The notes under the pieces were generated by a model that made no database searches, had not been told where the DNA came from, and saw only the letters and a list, made by a program, of their open reading frames with translations. From positions 1-64,000 of the forward strand of contig JAUVXV010000009.1 of the NCBI GenBank assembly GCA_030603365.1: a stretch of 64,000 nucleotides of DNA. The letters run 5' to 3'. Source of the DNA: Candidatus Heimdallarchaeota archaeon. Lineage in GTDB: Archaea > Asgardarchaeota > Heimdallarchaeia > Heimdallarchaeales > Heimdallarchaeaceae. The position numbers and the translations under genes were made by a program. Of the stretch, positions 9,455 through 20,000 are shown in pieces. The first letter of the stretch is position 1. The number at the start of each line of letters is the position of its first letter.

Positions 9455-9642
9455 TTTGAAACACTTCCCAAGTTAAACAATTTACACTTTATTATTTTTA
9501 GAACTTCTTATTTAAAGTCTATTCTAGTATTCATTCAAAAGCGAGTTGTACTATGTCTTTGATGCAAGTCTAAAACATCTTCACAGTTGTTTAAAAACGA
9601 ATGATTCGATAAAGTTAAAAGAACACCACTTTTCTTGTAAAT

Positions 9643-10671
9643 ATGGTTGAATTAGATAGCAGTAGTTATTGTGCCTTTCATTACGAGAATTCTTCTGATG
9701 GTGAGTGCTCAAACTGTGGTTTAAATATATGTAATTTTGATCAGGATTATGATGTACAAGCGAATAGGTTATGCAAGCTCTGTTTCAATATTACAAAAGC
9801 AAAACCAAGAATAAAATATATCCAGATAGGTATTTGGGTAGTTGTTATTGCCTTGGTTGTGATAATCTGGTCAACTGTCGAAAATGGACTCTGGTATGCT
9901 TTACTACCTCTTCTACTAATCTTGCTTGTACCTTATGGGATGAGACCATATATAATGAAATCATACTTTAAAGGACTTGAACCAAAAGAATCGGTTTTAC
10001 CTATTTTGCGTTATTTTGAAGCATCTGGAAATCTTGATCATTATAAACTATTCCTCAAGTTTCTAAAAAAAATGACAGATGAAGATATCAAAGCAATCAA
10101 TGAAAAACTCTATGAATTTCTTGTCCCTGCATTATCTTTCAATTATTCTAAACTCCCCGAAAATTGGCAAGAAAAGATTACATCTCATCTAAGAATAACT
10201 TCAGATGATCTTGTTAATATTCTAACTCAAAAATATAGAAGCGTATTGATTCAAACAGCCGTTCACAGCGCACAATCCAATATTTCTATGTTTATTTTCT
10301 ATCTAAGTGAAACAGCAGATGATGAGAAACTAATTGCAGATTATATTAAAGAAATTACTTCTCCTGAAATTATGAAGCTAGATACAGAAGAAGTTAATGC
10401 GATTTACAAGAAATTACTTGAAGATCTCTATCTTTATGATGAAAAGTTCTACGAGTACTGTGACAATTTGGGACTTAAGAAAGAAAAAGAACTTATATCT
10501 CAGTTAATTGAAAAGTTTGTACCTCCCCCAGTTCCTAAAAATCAACTAGAAGCCGTTATGAGCCCTGAACAATTGGTTGAAAAACGAAAGAAAGAAATTG
10601 ATACTTCTTCACAACCTGGCAAAATTGAAGAATCTGAAATTCCTGAATTAAAGTTTACTGGGGACAAATAG
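9643..10671 (+). CDS. Membrane protein with N-terminal B-box-like zinc finger, 2 TM and helical C-domain
   Basis: CAFH-x7-CSNC-x4-CNFD...LCKLC followed by two hydrophobic segments. Confidence 0.7.
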   Translation: MVELDSSSYCAFHYENSSDGECSNCGLNICNFDQDYDVQANRLCKLCFNITKAKPRIKYIQIGIWVVVIALVVIIWSTVENGLWYALLPLLLILLVPYGMRPYIMKSYFKGLEPKESVLPILRYFEASGNLDHYKLFLKFLKKMTDEDIKAINEKLYEFLVPALSFNYSKLPENWQEKITSHLRITSDDLVNILTQKYRSVLIQTAVHSAQSNISMFIFYLSETADDEKLIADYIKEITSPEIMKLDTEEVNAIYKKLLEDLYLYDEKFYEYCDNLGLKKEKELISQLIEKFVPPPVPKNQLEAVMSPEQLVEKRKKEIDTSSQPGKIEESEIPELKFTGDK

Positions 10672-10744
10672 ATTTTTCCTTATCTTTATTTTCTTTAAGG
10701 TTATTAATCAGTGCAATTAATATATACAATATTTATATCTTGAC

Positions 10745-10823
10745 TGAGAATAACAGATATGATGAAGAATTACAACCTATGAGTCAATGATTTGCCTAGC
10801 TCACGCTGATTATGTTATTCTCA
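10745..10823 (+). ncRNA. Box C/D methylation guide sRNA (predicted target LSU rRNA A2577, E. coli numbering)
   Basis: C box ATGATGA 10759-10765, D' ATGA 10779-10782, C' ATGATT 10787-10792, D box CTGA 10806-10809; 11-bp terminal stem 10745-10755/10813-10823; guide GCCTAGCTCACG complementary to conserved CGUGAGCUGGGU. Confidence 0.8.
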
Positions 10824-10912
10824 TCATCTCATCTACTTTTCAAATAACCCTACAAAAAAAATTTAATAGGTCATAGAATAATTCTCTAATCATAGGTTGT
10901 TAGGGTTCAATC

Positions 10913-12553
10913 ATGACTTACGAGAAAAAACACAATAAATCATCTTTAGGTTGGAAAATATTTGGTATATTTTTATATTTTCTTGCTTTTCTCGTAGGTA
11001 TTGTTAGTATTGTTTACTTGGTATGGTCATTTATTCTAATGATACAAGAATTCTCTACAAATACAGCAGTTGGCAAACTAATACTCTCCTTTATTTTCAA
11101 CCTCCTTTCACTGATAGTAGAAATTATAGGAATCTTCTATACTGTGATGTTGATTAAACACATGGGCTCTACTTGTATGAACCCTCCTTCTATCAAAGGA
11201 AATGACAAGATTGTTCTAACTGAATTTCCAGAAATAAGTTTCATTATACCTATTCGTAATCCTGAACCTTTAATATTAGAGGAGACATTAATGTCTATCA
11301 ACAAACTTGATTATCCAAAAGAGAAAATCAGCGTGTTTCTAGGGGATGATACAGATGATGATCATCCAGATTTTAAGAAAATTAGGGAATTAGCGGAGAA
11401 ATATAAGACTGAATACATATATGACCCATCTAATGTACATTTCAAAGCTGGAATGCTTAATATTATGTTGAAGAAAATCAAATCTGAATACTTCGTTCTC
11501 TTAGATTATGATCACGTTGTACATAATAATCTATTGAATGGTTTCATGAAAGAATTCCAAAAAGACCCTGATTTAGCTTTTGTACAAGCAAAAGTCAGTT
11601 TTCGAAATGTATTTTCTAAATTACAAGTATGGGAATCTGTAATGTATGCTCAATTCTATGAGGTTTTTCAACGATCTAAAACTAAACGTTCAACTGTCTT
11701 GACTAACGGTTCAACTGTGTGTTTTCGTAAAACCTACATTGATGAGGTAGGAGGAATACCCTTTGATACATTCACAGAAGATGTTGATATTTCAGTTAGT
11801 TTACTAGCTCAAGGATATAGAACCGCTTTAATGGATAGTTATGGTAGTTTTGGTTTAATACCTGCAACCTTTTCTCTTCTCTTATCACAGATTCTAAGAT
11901 GGGCTAAAGGAAGTATGCAAGTTCTAAAGAAAAGATGGAAGAATATCTTACGAGCAAAATTACCTTTATCAGATAGAGTAGATTTATTGTTTAGTACTTC
12001 TTTGTTCTTAATTGCTGCTTCTGTTTATCTTAATGTTATATTTTATGTTATAATGTATTTAACAAGAAGTCCAATCATTAGAGTAACAGCAGGAAGCTTT
12101 CCACCACTGCTTATTATGCCAATAGCTTTTGCGTTTTCCTATCAAATTTCTGGGCTGATAGCAGTACTATTTGCACGCAAAAGTGGAATTAAGAACATGA
12201 ACCCATTTGATTTAGTTTATTTCCTTATTCTAGCTTTAGTTCTAAATCCATTTACAGTCTTCGCAGTCTTCAAATCATTATTCACAAGAAAAGCACCAAT
12301 AAGGGGGAAAAATGAATGGAATGAAAAGGTTCCTTATCTCATCCTCTCATTCATTATATCCTTACTTGGTTGTGGTTTAATTGTGATAACTATTTTTGAT
12401 CTAATAACAGCTGGACCATCTGGATCATTTTGGTTAGTTTTAGGCTTGTTGGGATTATCTATGATAGCTACTTTCCCAGTTTGTCTCTTTCTTCACTTTA
12501 CAACTAAACACAACAAACCTTATTTTGTTAAAGGAATAAATGAATATCATTGA
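10913..12553 (+). CDS. Cellulose-synthase-like processive GT2 glycosyltransferase (copy 1)
   Basis: DD, FKAGMLN, DYD, TED, QILRW; 2 N-terminal and about 5 C-terminal TM. Confidence 0.9.
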   Translation: MTYEKKHNKSSLGWKIFGIFLYFLAFLVGIVSIVYLVWSFILMIQEFSTNTAVGKLILSFIFNLLSLIVEIIGIFYTVMLIKHMGSTCMNPPSIKGNDKIVLTEFPEISFIIPIRNPEPLILEETLMSINKLDYPKEKISVFLGDDTDDDHPDFKKIRELAEKYKTEYIYDPSNVHFKAGMLNIMLKKIKSEYFVLLDYDHVVHNNLLNGFMKEFQKDPDLAFVQAKVSFRNVFSKLQVWESVMYAQFYEVFQRSKTKRSTVLTNGSTVCFRKTYIDEVGGIPFDTFTEDVDISVSLLAQGYRTALMDSYGSFGLIPATFSLLLSQILRWAKGSMQVLKKRWKNILRAKLPLSDRVDLLFSTSLFLIAASVYLNVIFYVIMYLTRSPIIRVTAGSFPPLLIMPIAFAFSYQISGLIAVLFARKSGIKNMNPFDLVYFLILALVLNPFTVFAVFKSLFTRKAPIRGKNEWNEKVPYLILSFIISLLGCGLIVITIFDLITAGPSGSFWLVLGLLGLSMIATFPVCLFLHFTTKHNKPYFVKGINEYH

Positions 12554-14247
12554 GCGAACAAGGAATACATTGGAAAAGGTATCTCTGGTATAGTTTAACT
12601 ATTATTCTACTAGGATTCTTAGTATATTATGTAGGTTATAGTAGTTATGAAATTATAACCAGATTATCACCATATTTACCCAATTGGAAAGCAGTAATGG
12701 GTATTTTTCTTAATTTCTTCATTTTACTATTAGAACTATTATCCACATTTTACTCGATTTTTATCTACTATTATATTGGATCTTCATCTTCGTATAGATC
12801 CGAGAAAAACTTGACAAATAAATATCTAACAAGTACTCCTCTTCCAAAAGTTGTAGTCACAATTCCTTTGTATAAAGAACCTCTGGCAGTAGTTTCTAAA
12901 ACAATTGAAGGTGCTCTCAATATTGATTATCCAAAAGATAGATATCAGGTAGTTGTATGTGATGACAGTCCTCGAGACTTCTCCTCTGAAATACAAGATT
13001 TTTGTAAAGAAAAAAATGTTACTTTTATTCAAAGAGAGACTAGAAAAGGTTTCAAGGCTGGAGCTCTCAATAATGTTCTTAAACAAGTTGAATGCGATTT
13101 TTTTAGTGTTTTAGATTCTGACCACATACCTACTCCCAATTTTATTAAGACCTGTCTTTCAGGATTTAATGAAGACGATGTTATTCTTGTTCAAGGTAAA
13201 CCGATGTTTGTAAACCAAGAAGATTATTTAATGCGAAGTAGTGCATTCATCCATACACAATTCTTCCATATTTATCAAAAGAGTAGAGGTACTCGAGATG
13301 GTGTGATTTTTGCAGGAACAACTGGTATGTTCAGAGCGGATTTACTAAGGGAGTCTGGTGGATTATTGGAAGACACTTTAGCTGAAGATACTGATACATC
13401 GTTTATGTTAATGAGTCAAGGTTATAAAACAAAATACATCCATGAAATATGTTCCAAGGGTTTGGTGCCCTGGAATCCAATAAGTATGATTAACCAAATT
13501 TGGAGATGGACCAATGGAATAACGTCCATTTTTCGAAAAAGATTTTGGAAGATTCTTCGTGGTGATAATTCTTTCATCAATAAGGTAGACATAACATCTA
13601 CAATATTGACACCATTAATTGGAGTGACAATGTGGTTCGTTTATTTGCTACTCTTTATTATGTATATGCTAAAGGAACTTGGGGGATTTCTAGAATTTCA
13701 ATTTGTTAGACCAAATTTAGGTTCATTTCCTTTGCTACTGTTTGCACCTATTTTAATATCTTTAGCAAGTTTGATTATGGCTCTCATTTCTTGGATAAGA
13801 GAAGGTAAAGAAGATAGGATGATTAAGATGAGAGGGTTTTTAGGGATGGCTTGGACAATCGGAGCTTTTTATCTATTAATGATGACTGCACAATCATTCC
13901 TTGTTTGGGCAGTTTTAAGCGCACTATTAGGTGTTAAGAAGGATTTCGACCGAACCATCAAAGTGAAGACCAAAACAGTTGGTAGAATGAATCAGAAGAT
14001 AAAATATACACTCTGGTCAATTGGTCTTCTCATATTTGCTGGTGGATACTATTTTGCAAGCTATCTTACTCTCATTTCAACAGACAAGCTCGATAACTCT
14101 CTTTTTGGTTGGTTTATTATAGCTGCAATCTCCGCAACAATACCTATATTAATTACGATTACACATTTTAGAAAACTTGAAACTATGAGAAAGTTTGCAG
14201 CAACGACAACAGCTGCAGATATAGAGAAGGAAACTGGAGATTCCTAA
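12550..14247 (+). CDS. Cellulose-synthase-like processive GT2 glycosyltransferase (copy 2)
   Basis: DD, FKAGALN, DSD, AED, QIWRW; same TM layout; 4-bp overlap with copy 1. Confidence 0.9.
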   Translation: MSEQGIHWKRYLWYSLTIILLGFLVYYVGYSSYEIITRLSPYLPNWKAVMGIFLNFFILLLELLSTFYSIFIYYYIGSSSSYRSEKNLTNKYLTSTPLPKVVVTIPLYKEPLAVVSKTIEGALNIDYPKDRYQVVVCDDSPRDFSSEIQDFCKEKNVTFIQRETRKGFKAGALNNVLKQVECDFFSVLDSDHIPTPNFIKTCLSGFNEDDVILVQGKPMFVNQEDYLMRSSAFIHTQFFHIYQKSRGTRDGVIFAGTTGMFRADLLRESGGLLEDTLAEDTDTSFMLMSQGYKTKYIHEICSKGLVPWNPISMINQIWRWTNGITSIFRKRFWKILRGDNSFINKVDITSTILTPLIGVTMWFVYLLLFIMYMLKELGGFLEFQFVRPNLGSFPLLLFAPILISLASLIMALISWIREGKEDRMIKMRGFLGMAWTIGAFYLLMMTAQSFLVWAVLSALLGVKKDFDRTIKVKTKTVGRMNQKIKYTLWSIGLLIFAGGYYFASYLTLISTDKLDNSLFGWFIIAAISATIPILITITHFRKLETMRKFAATTTAADIEKETGDS

Positions 14248-17022
14248 ATGATACAGATTGATATTAGAATCATAATACCACTACTTTCTATACTCTCACT
14301 AGGTTCTCTTTTCAATGATTTGATTAAAGTAAGAATACTCAGAATTAAAACCAAAAACTCTTTCTTAGAGAACTTAGCAGAATCACTTGTTATCGGAACT
14401 ATTTTACTTGTTGTACCAATGATTGCTTTGGCATGGGTTGCTGATAGGATTGGGAATGAGTTTATCCTTGAAACCTATGTTTATGTTTTTCTTGCTGTTG
14501 GTTTACTTTTTCTAGTCTTCAAGATTTATGTTTGGGTAAGAAAGAAATTACCTGATTTAATATTAGCTGAGCGAAAGAAATTATCTAAATCACTAGATTT
14601 TCTTCTTAAATTCATTCTTCTAGCCATGCTCCTCTTTTACATCTTCCAGGTACTAGTTTACCCCTTCAAAGGCTGGGACTTTCTACATTTTTATCTTCCG
14701 AATTCATTTAGAATTTTCATCACTGGTCAACTCAGTCAAATAAATGAATTGACATTCTTACCACAGTTTAAACCACCTATGAATGTGTTTCTTTTTGCTT
14801 ACGCTTTCTTCACAACACAATCAGAGATGATCCAACTAATACCTATTTTATATTTAGCAGGAACCGTATATTATTGTTACAAAATTTCAAAAATGATAGG
14901 ACTTTCTGAAAAAACATCCTTGTTTTCAGTTATCGCATTTCTAGCGACTCCATTTACATTCTTTCTTATCTATGAGTTCATATATTATCAAGAAATATTC
15001 ATCATGTTTTTTGTTACTGCATCGTTTTACTATTACAAACGATTTTTAGATTCTAGAAGTACTCGTGATCAAATCTTTTTCGTTCTGTTAACTACCTTTA
15101 GTTTAAGCGGATGTGTGTTGAGCAAACTAAGTGGTTACATTATTCCACTGGTGATTTTTGTTGCTATGCCTTCTGATAAGTTTGGTAAAATTATTCGAAG
15201 CTTAGTTGTGGTTGGTTTTGCTGGGCAATTGATTAGAAAATCTGTGTATGATATCTATCTCGGGACTGGAATTTTCATTGGATTATTGACTGTTTGTTGT
15301 CTCTATTTTATAATTACAAGTGACACTCTAGTATTTTCGTGGAAAAGATGGACATATACATTGGGAATTTTCATACTACCCTCGATTCTAGCTGTTTTTT
15401 GGGGTATACTCATGATTTCCATACCAGGAATTGGTATTATGCTGCAAGATCAATATTTCAATCTAAAATATACAAATGCTAGTATGATTTGGTCTGGAAT
15501 ATATTTACCTGATACTGTTACTTACCTTGAAAACGCTCATACAGCTACGTTCTTATCTTCTTCATTCTCGATTCTTATTGCTTCAATGTTTGCAGGGACT
15601 TGGCTGTTCATTAAGATTATTGGTTTTATAAGCTCTAATAAGAAGTATAACGATATTGTTCTGTGGCTACTCTTCTTCTTTATGTTCTGGCAAGGAATTT
15701 ATGCGATGGATTCTATTAGATATTTAACTCCCCTTCTAGTTCCAGTAACAATAATATTTGCAATAGGATTTGAGTCAATTGTTTCTTTTCTAAACAAGAA
15801 AGATGGTGGGAATAGAGATGGTATCATAAGTTTTCTATTCATTACTGCAACGGCATATCTTTCCCTTTATCCTGTCATCCCCTTTGAGACAGTATTCGAA
15901 CCATTTCATCTTAGATGGTATTATGCGCATACTCACCTTTTATCACTCCTGGGATATATAATAATCTTCAATTTACTAGCATTCCTTCTATTATGGAAAG
16001 AAGAAAAATTGAAACTCAGTTATTCCTTAATTTATAAGAAAGGATTTAGTTTCCGTAAAATTCTTTCAGGATTCCTAATTTTCATTGTATGCTTTGTTCC
16101 GTTCAGCGCACAATTTGTAATGCTTTCTTCAGTTGGTTTTGATTTGGATAGATTTCAATCTGAATATTCTTATGATTATAGAGCTTCATTTCAAGAGCTT
16201 ATAGATGCCATCAATAGACTGGGATATACTGATGATCAAGTGGTACTAACAATAAACACTCCAGGTCTAGAATACTACTCTTCACAACCTGTAATCGATT
16301 TATTTATGATAGATTTCATTAGTAAATCAGGATTGTCAAATACTACCATTCCCTTTTGGAATTCGAACATTACTCGGAATTTAGAGTTTCTCGATGAGTA
16401 TGGCGTTTCAATATTCGTTGCTTTGAATAGCTCAAATGACTGGTTTTCTGCATACCAAGAAGAAATGTATTGGAACATCCCAATTCTCAGATTCTTACAA
16501 AATAATCTATATTTCACATATCGATTCTCAAATGAAGAATTTATATTATTTACAGCTAGAAAATATGATGAGTATGTAGGTCCAGTCGATATACTACTAA
16601 CAAGTGAAACTCAAAAAGGCAATCTTCTTGATCTAACTCCACTTTCAGTTGAAATTATTGGTGATTCAGGATCAATTGGTACAGTACTAGATTTGACATA
16701 TACAAATTCATTTTTACCTGTTTCTGTTGGTATAACAGTACAATATTACACTTCAACGAATGAGACACTTCAATATGCTATAAATGATTATGAAATCTCA
16801 AGTCCCCAAACTGAAAGTTTTACGTATCTTCCTATTCTAGATTTACCTGATGCTTCTATCAATTTACTTCGAATTGACATGGAAATTGAATATACAACTT
16901 ATTTGGGTTTAACCAGAACATTGCATTATCACTTAAGACCATCTACAGGATATTCTGTTAATATTACTCGAACAGAAAATTCTTGGTTCTATGCAGGTTA
17001 CAATGGTTTCGTTTATTTCTAA
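14248..17022 (+). CDS. GT-C fold (ArnT/PMT-like) polytopic membrane glycosyltransferase with extracellular C-domain
   Basis: More than 15 TM; GWDFLHFYLP loop, KPP, LSKLSG and IRYLTP motifs typical of GT-C. Confidence 0.65.
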   Translation: MIQIDIRIIIPLLSILSLGSLFNDLIKVRILRIKTKNSFLENLAESLVIGTILLVVPMIALAWVADRIGNEFILETYVYVFLAVGLLFLVFKIYVWVRKKLPDLILAERKKLSKSLDFLLKFILLAMLLFYIFQVLVYPFKGWDFLHFYLPNSFRIFITGQLSQINELTFLPQFKPPMNVFLFAYAFFTTQSEMIQLIPILYLAGTVYYCYKISKMIGLSEKTSLFSVIAFLATPFTFFLIYEFIYYQEIFIMFFVTASFYYYKRFLDSRSTRDQIFFVLLTTFSLSGCVLSKLSGYIIPLVIFVAMPSDKFGKIIRSLVVVGFAGQLIRKSVYDIYLGTGIFIGLLTVCCLYFIITSDTLVFSWKRWTYTLGIFILPSILAVFWGILMISIPGIGIMLQDQYFNLKYTNASMIWSGIYLPDTVTYLENAHTATFLSSSFSILIASMFAGTWLFIKIIGFISSNKKYNDIVLWLLFFFMFWQGIYAMDSIRYLTPLLVPVTIIFAIGFESIVSFLNKKDGGNRDGIISFLFITATAYLSLYPVIPFETVFEPFHLRWYYAHTHLLSLLGYIIIFNLLAFLLLWKEEKLKLSYSLIYKKGFSFRKILSGFLIFIVCFVPFSAQFVMLSSVGFDLDRFQSEYSYDYRASFQELIDAINRLGYTDDQVVLTINTPGLEYYSSQPVIDLFMIDFISKSGLSNTTIPFWNSNITRNLEFLDEYGVSIFVALNSSNDWFSAYQEEMYWNIPILRFLQNNLYFTYRFSNEEFILFTARKYDEYVGPVDILLTSETQKGNLLDLTPLSVEIIGDSGSIGTVLDLTYTNSFLPVSVGITVQYYTSTNETLQYAINDYEISSPQTESFTYLPILDLPDASINLLRIDMEIEYTTYLGLTRTLHYHLRPSTGYSVNITRTENSWFYAGYNGFVYF

Positions 17023-20000
17023 CTAATCTCTTCTAGAATATGTGATTTTTTTCTCTTTGCTTGTTTTTCTAGCTATAAGGAGAGTGGTAAGTATAGCAAC
17101 TAAAAATGTAAAAGCAACATTTAGTAGAAAAATAGTCCAACTCCCTTGAGGAATGAATGTGTGCCCGAAAAACACTGTTTGGTTAAAACTTGAAAGAATA
17201 ACAAGTACTAGACTTCCAAAACCATATCCTATAATTGACGCAATTAGAGCTATGATTCCTAACCTCGTAAAAATAGCAGTCAAGGCATGTAAATTTGTTC
17301 CTCCAATCATCTTTATAATAGAGGTTTCTTTTCTACTCTCTCTGTACATATTTTGAATTATAGAGTTCATATTTACAACTAAAACTATCAGAATTAATAG
17401 AACTTCAGCATAAGCTAGTGTATAAGTAAAGAGAAGTGAGCCTTGTAGATAATAATCTACATACTCATATGATAGTGATATCAAAAAAGCAAAACCTGAG
17501 ATTGATTTGAAAGGTATTTTTGACCATTGATCTTCTGTTTCGCTTGGAAGTATTATTTTGATTGTACTCATACCAGGTTCAAAAATTCTTCTAAGGTTAA
17601 TTATGGATCCATTTTTTTGGTATATTGTTAAGTCAATTATTCCATAAGATAGATAGAGTGTTATTTGTGATGAAAATGCGGTATTTGAAGAAACGATTCC
17701 CCCCAATTCTGTTTCAAATGTAACCGGTAGATTGTATATTTTTGTACCATTATCATATTGAAACTTGAATGTTACTTGTTGTTTCTTTGAAGGCACATTA
17801 AACAGGATGTGATTGTATGAAAGATAAATATCAGTAGAAACCGTGGAAATTCCCTCACCTGTTCCTATGAGATAGAAAATATAGGAACCTGCATCAATAG
17901 CTGTTGTATATATTCGTCCAAATGAATCTGTATATCCTGATAAAACTCGATTACCGTATTCATCTCTAACCACACAATAAAGACCATCTATTGTTGAATT
18001 TGCGAAATTATCTCTCACTTCAATTATCGTATAAGCTCCACTGAGCCAGACAATTTGATTATTTCCATCAGATGTGTCAAACATGAGTTCATAATGCTTT
18101 GAATCATATTCAAATGAAACCAAATATTCTCCACTAAACATGTTGAAAGTAATACTACCATTACCATTAGTTTGTAGATCTACTGATGTGCTGTTATAGT
18201 AACTAGAAACTGATATATTTAAGGCACTTACTGGAAAAATATCATTATAGATTTTAATTTGAAAAGTTAGTTCTTGTAAGGAGTAGGATTGGTTTACATA
18301 AAACGAGTACGTTTGAATAACCACGTTCTGATATGAATCTGTTAAATAGAATATGATTGTGTGTTTTCCTCCTGAAACAAATAGAATAGTTTGAGGCTTT
18401 CTATATTCATAAATTGTTGGTTCAGCTTCAAACTGAAACAATATTTCAACTGCGTCACTTTCAACCACAAGATCTGTTACTAATCCTTCAATTCCTATAT
18501 TTGGTGATATGATTTCTATAACAGGTGGTGCTGTATCAACAAAAAACTCATGCGAATAACTATCATTAGACGTCTCAGGGTATTGATAAATGAAAGAATA
18601 ATATCCGTCAGAAAGGAAAAGAGAATTTGTATCCAATAAGTTATAGGTTATATCATAGTATGTGAAATTCAATAGCATGTTATCAGTGCTGGTATCATTT
18701 ATTTGATCGGTTTGAATATTATTACTATTCAATCCATCCAATATTTCAAAAGACCAAGTTCTTGTTCTTTGTTCAAACAAATCTACCCATAGAATAACTG
18801 TCAATGTATATATTCCCGGAAAGAGATATTCCCTTACTGAACCAAAAATATGACCAGATTTTTGAATTGATCCTTCTATTCTATATTCGATCAACAAATA
18901 ACTGTCCTCAACATATGGATTTATGTCAATATATGCTTGTCTTAAGATACCAGAATATTCATTTTCCAGGTAAAAATCAATAGGATTTCCAGTTTCATTA
19001 AATCCTGTTACATTGAACTCATAATATAGTTCAATTGAGTTTCCTACTAAATCAGTCAATTTTATGTGTAAACTGTGATTTCCATTTTCTACTAGTATTT
19101 GAATGGATTGTCCATAAACATTGGAATAGAGATAATTATCCCATGAAAATTGTGTACGAGATAATTCTTCACTACTATTAAATGAAAGATACTCCCCTGA
19201 ATATATTAAAGAACCATTAATTTCAGATAAAGTAATTATTGGAACTGAATTGTCAATTTCGATTGTATATGACCGATTATGCCATTCTGAACTAATTTTT
19301 GTGTATAAATGTAAATAATTAGTACCTTCGTTTAAACCTGTTGTATTTACTAGACCGTTGTGTGGAATTGAAGACATTGGATTTGAATTCCAATTGAAAT
19401 AAGCTTCATAATATGGATTAAACCAAGTTTGAATATATTCTCCACCTTTAACTCTCAAATCACTCCTTAGTCCTAGTGTTCCAATAAATTTCGGATTATT
19501 AGTGATAGCAAAAATATAATGAATTTCCATTACTTGATCTTCTGTTTTAGCTTGTAAGGTTAGTTTGTGAATCCCAAGCTCATAAGGAGCAATGAAGAAA
19601 TTTGCTGTTAAAGTATGGAACTCATTATTATCCCATTTATACATTAGCTTTTCATTAAATTTATACGTTGAATTGAGCACTAGAACATCGTTTGGAGCAA
19701 GTTGGGATCCGTTCATCACATTGTAAAATGTTAAATCTTCAGGAATTGCATCAACTATCATAAAGTAAACTGTAGTGGTTGCATAGTTCAAGTCTTTATT
19801 TAATCCACTAATAATATAATCATTGTTGAAGGTTTCCACAGTTATTGAATGAGAACCTTCCTCAAATGGTACAATTATTCCATCAGGATATATTTCTTCT
19901 CCAGCAGCTATATAATACTCTTTAATATTGTCTGGATTTCCATCATAATAAAAATTGATTGAGTAACCAGTTGTAGCGGTAATTGTGAGATTAAGGTTAT

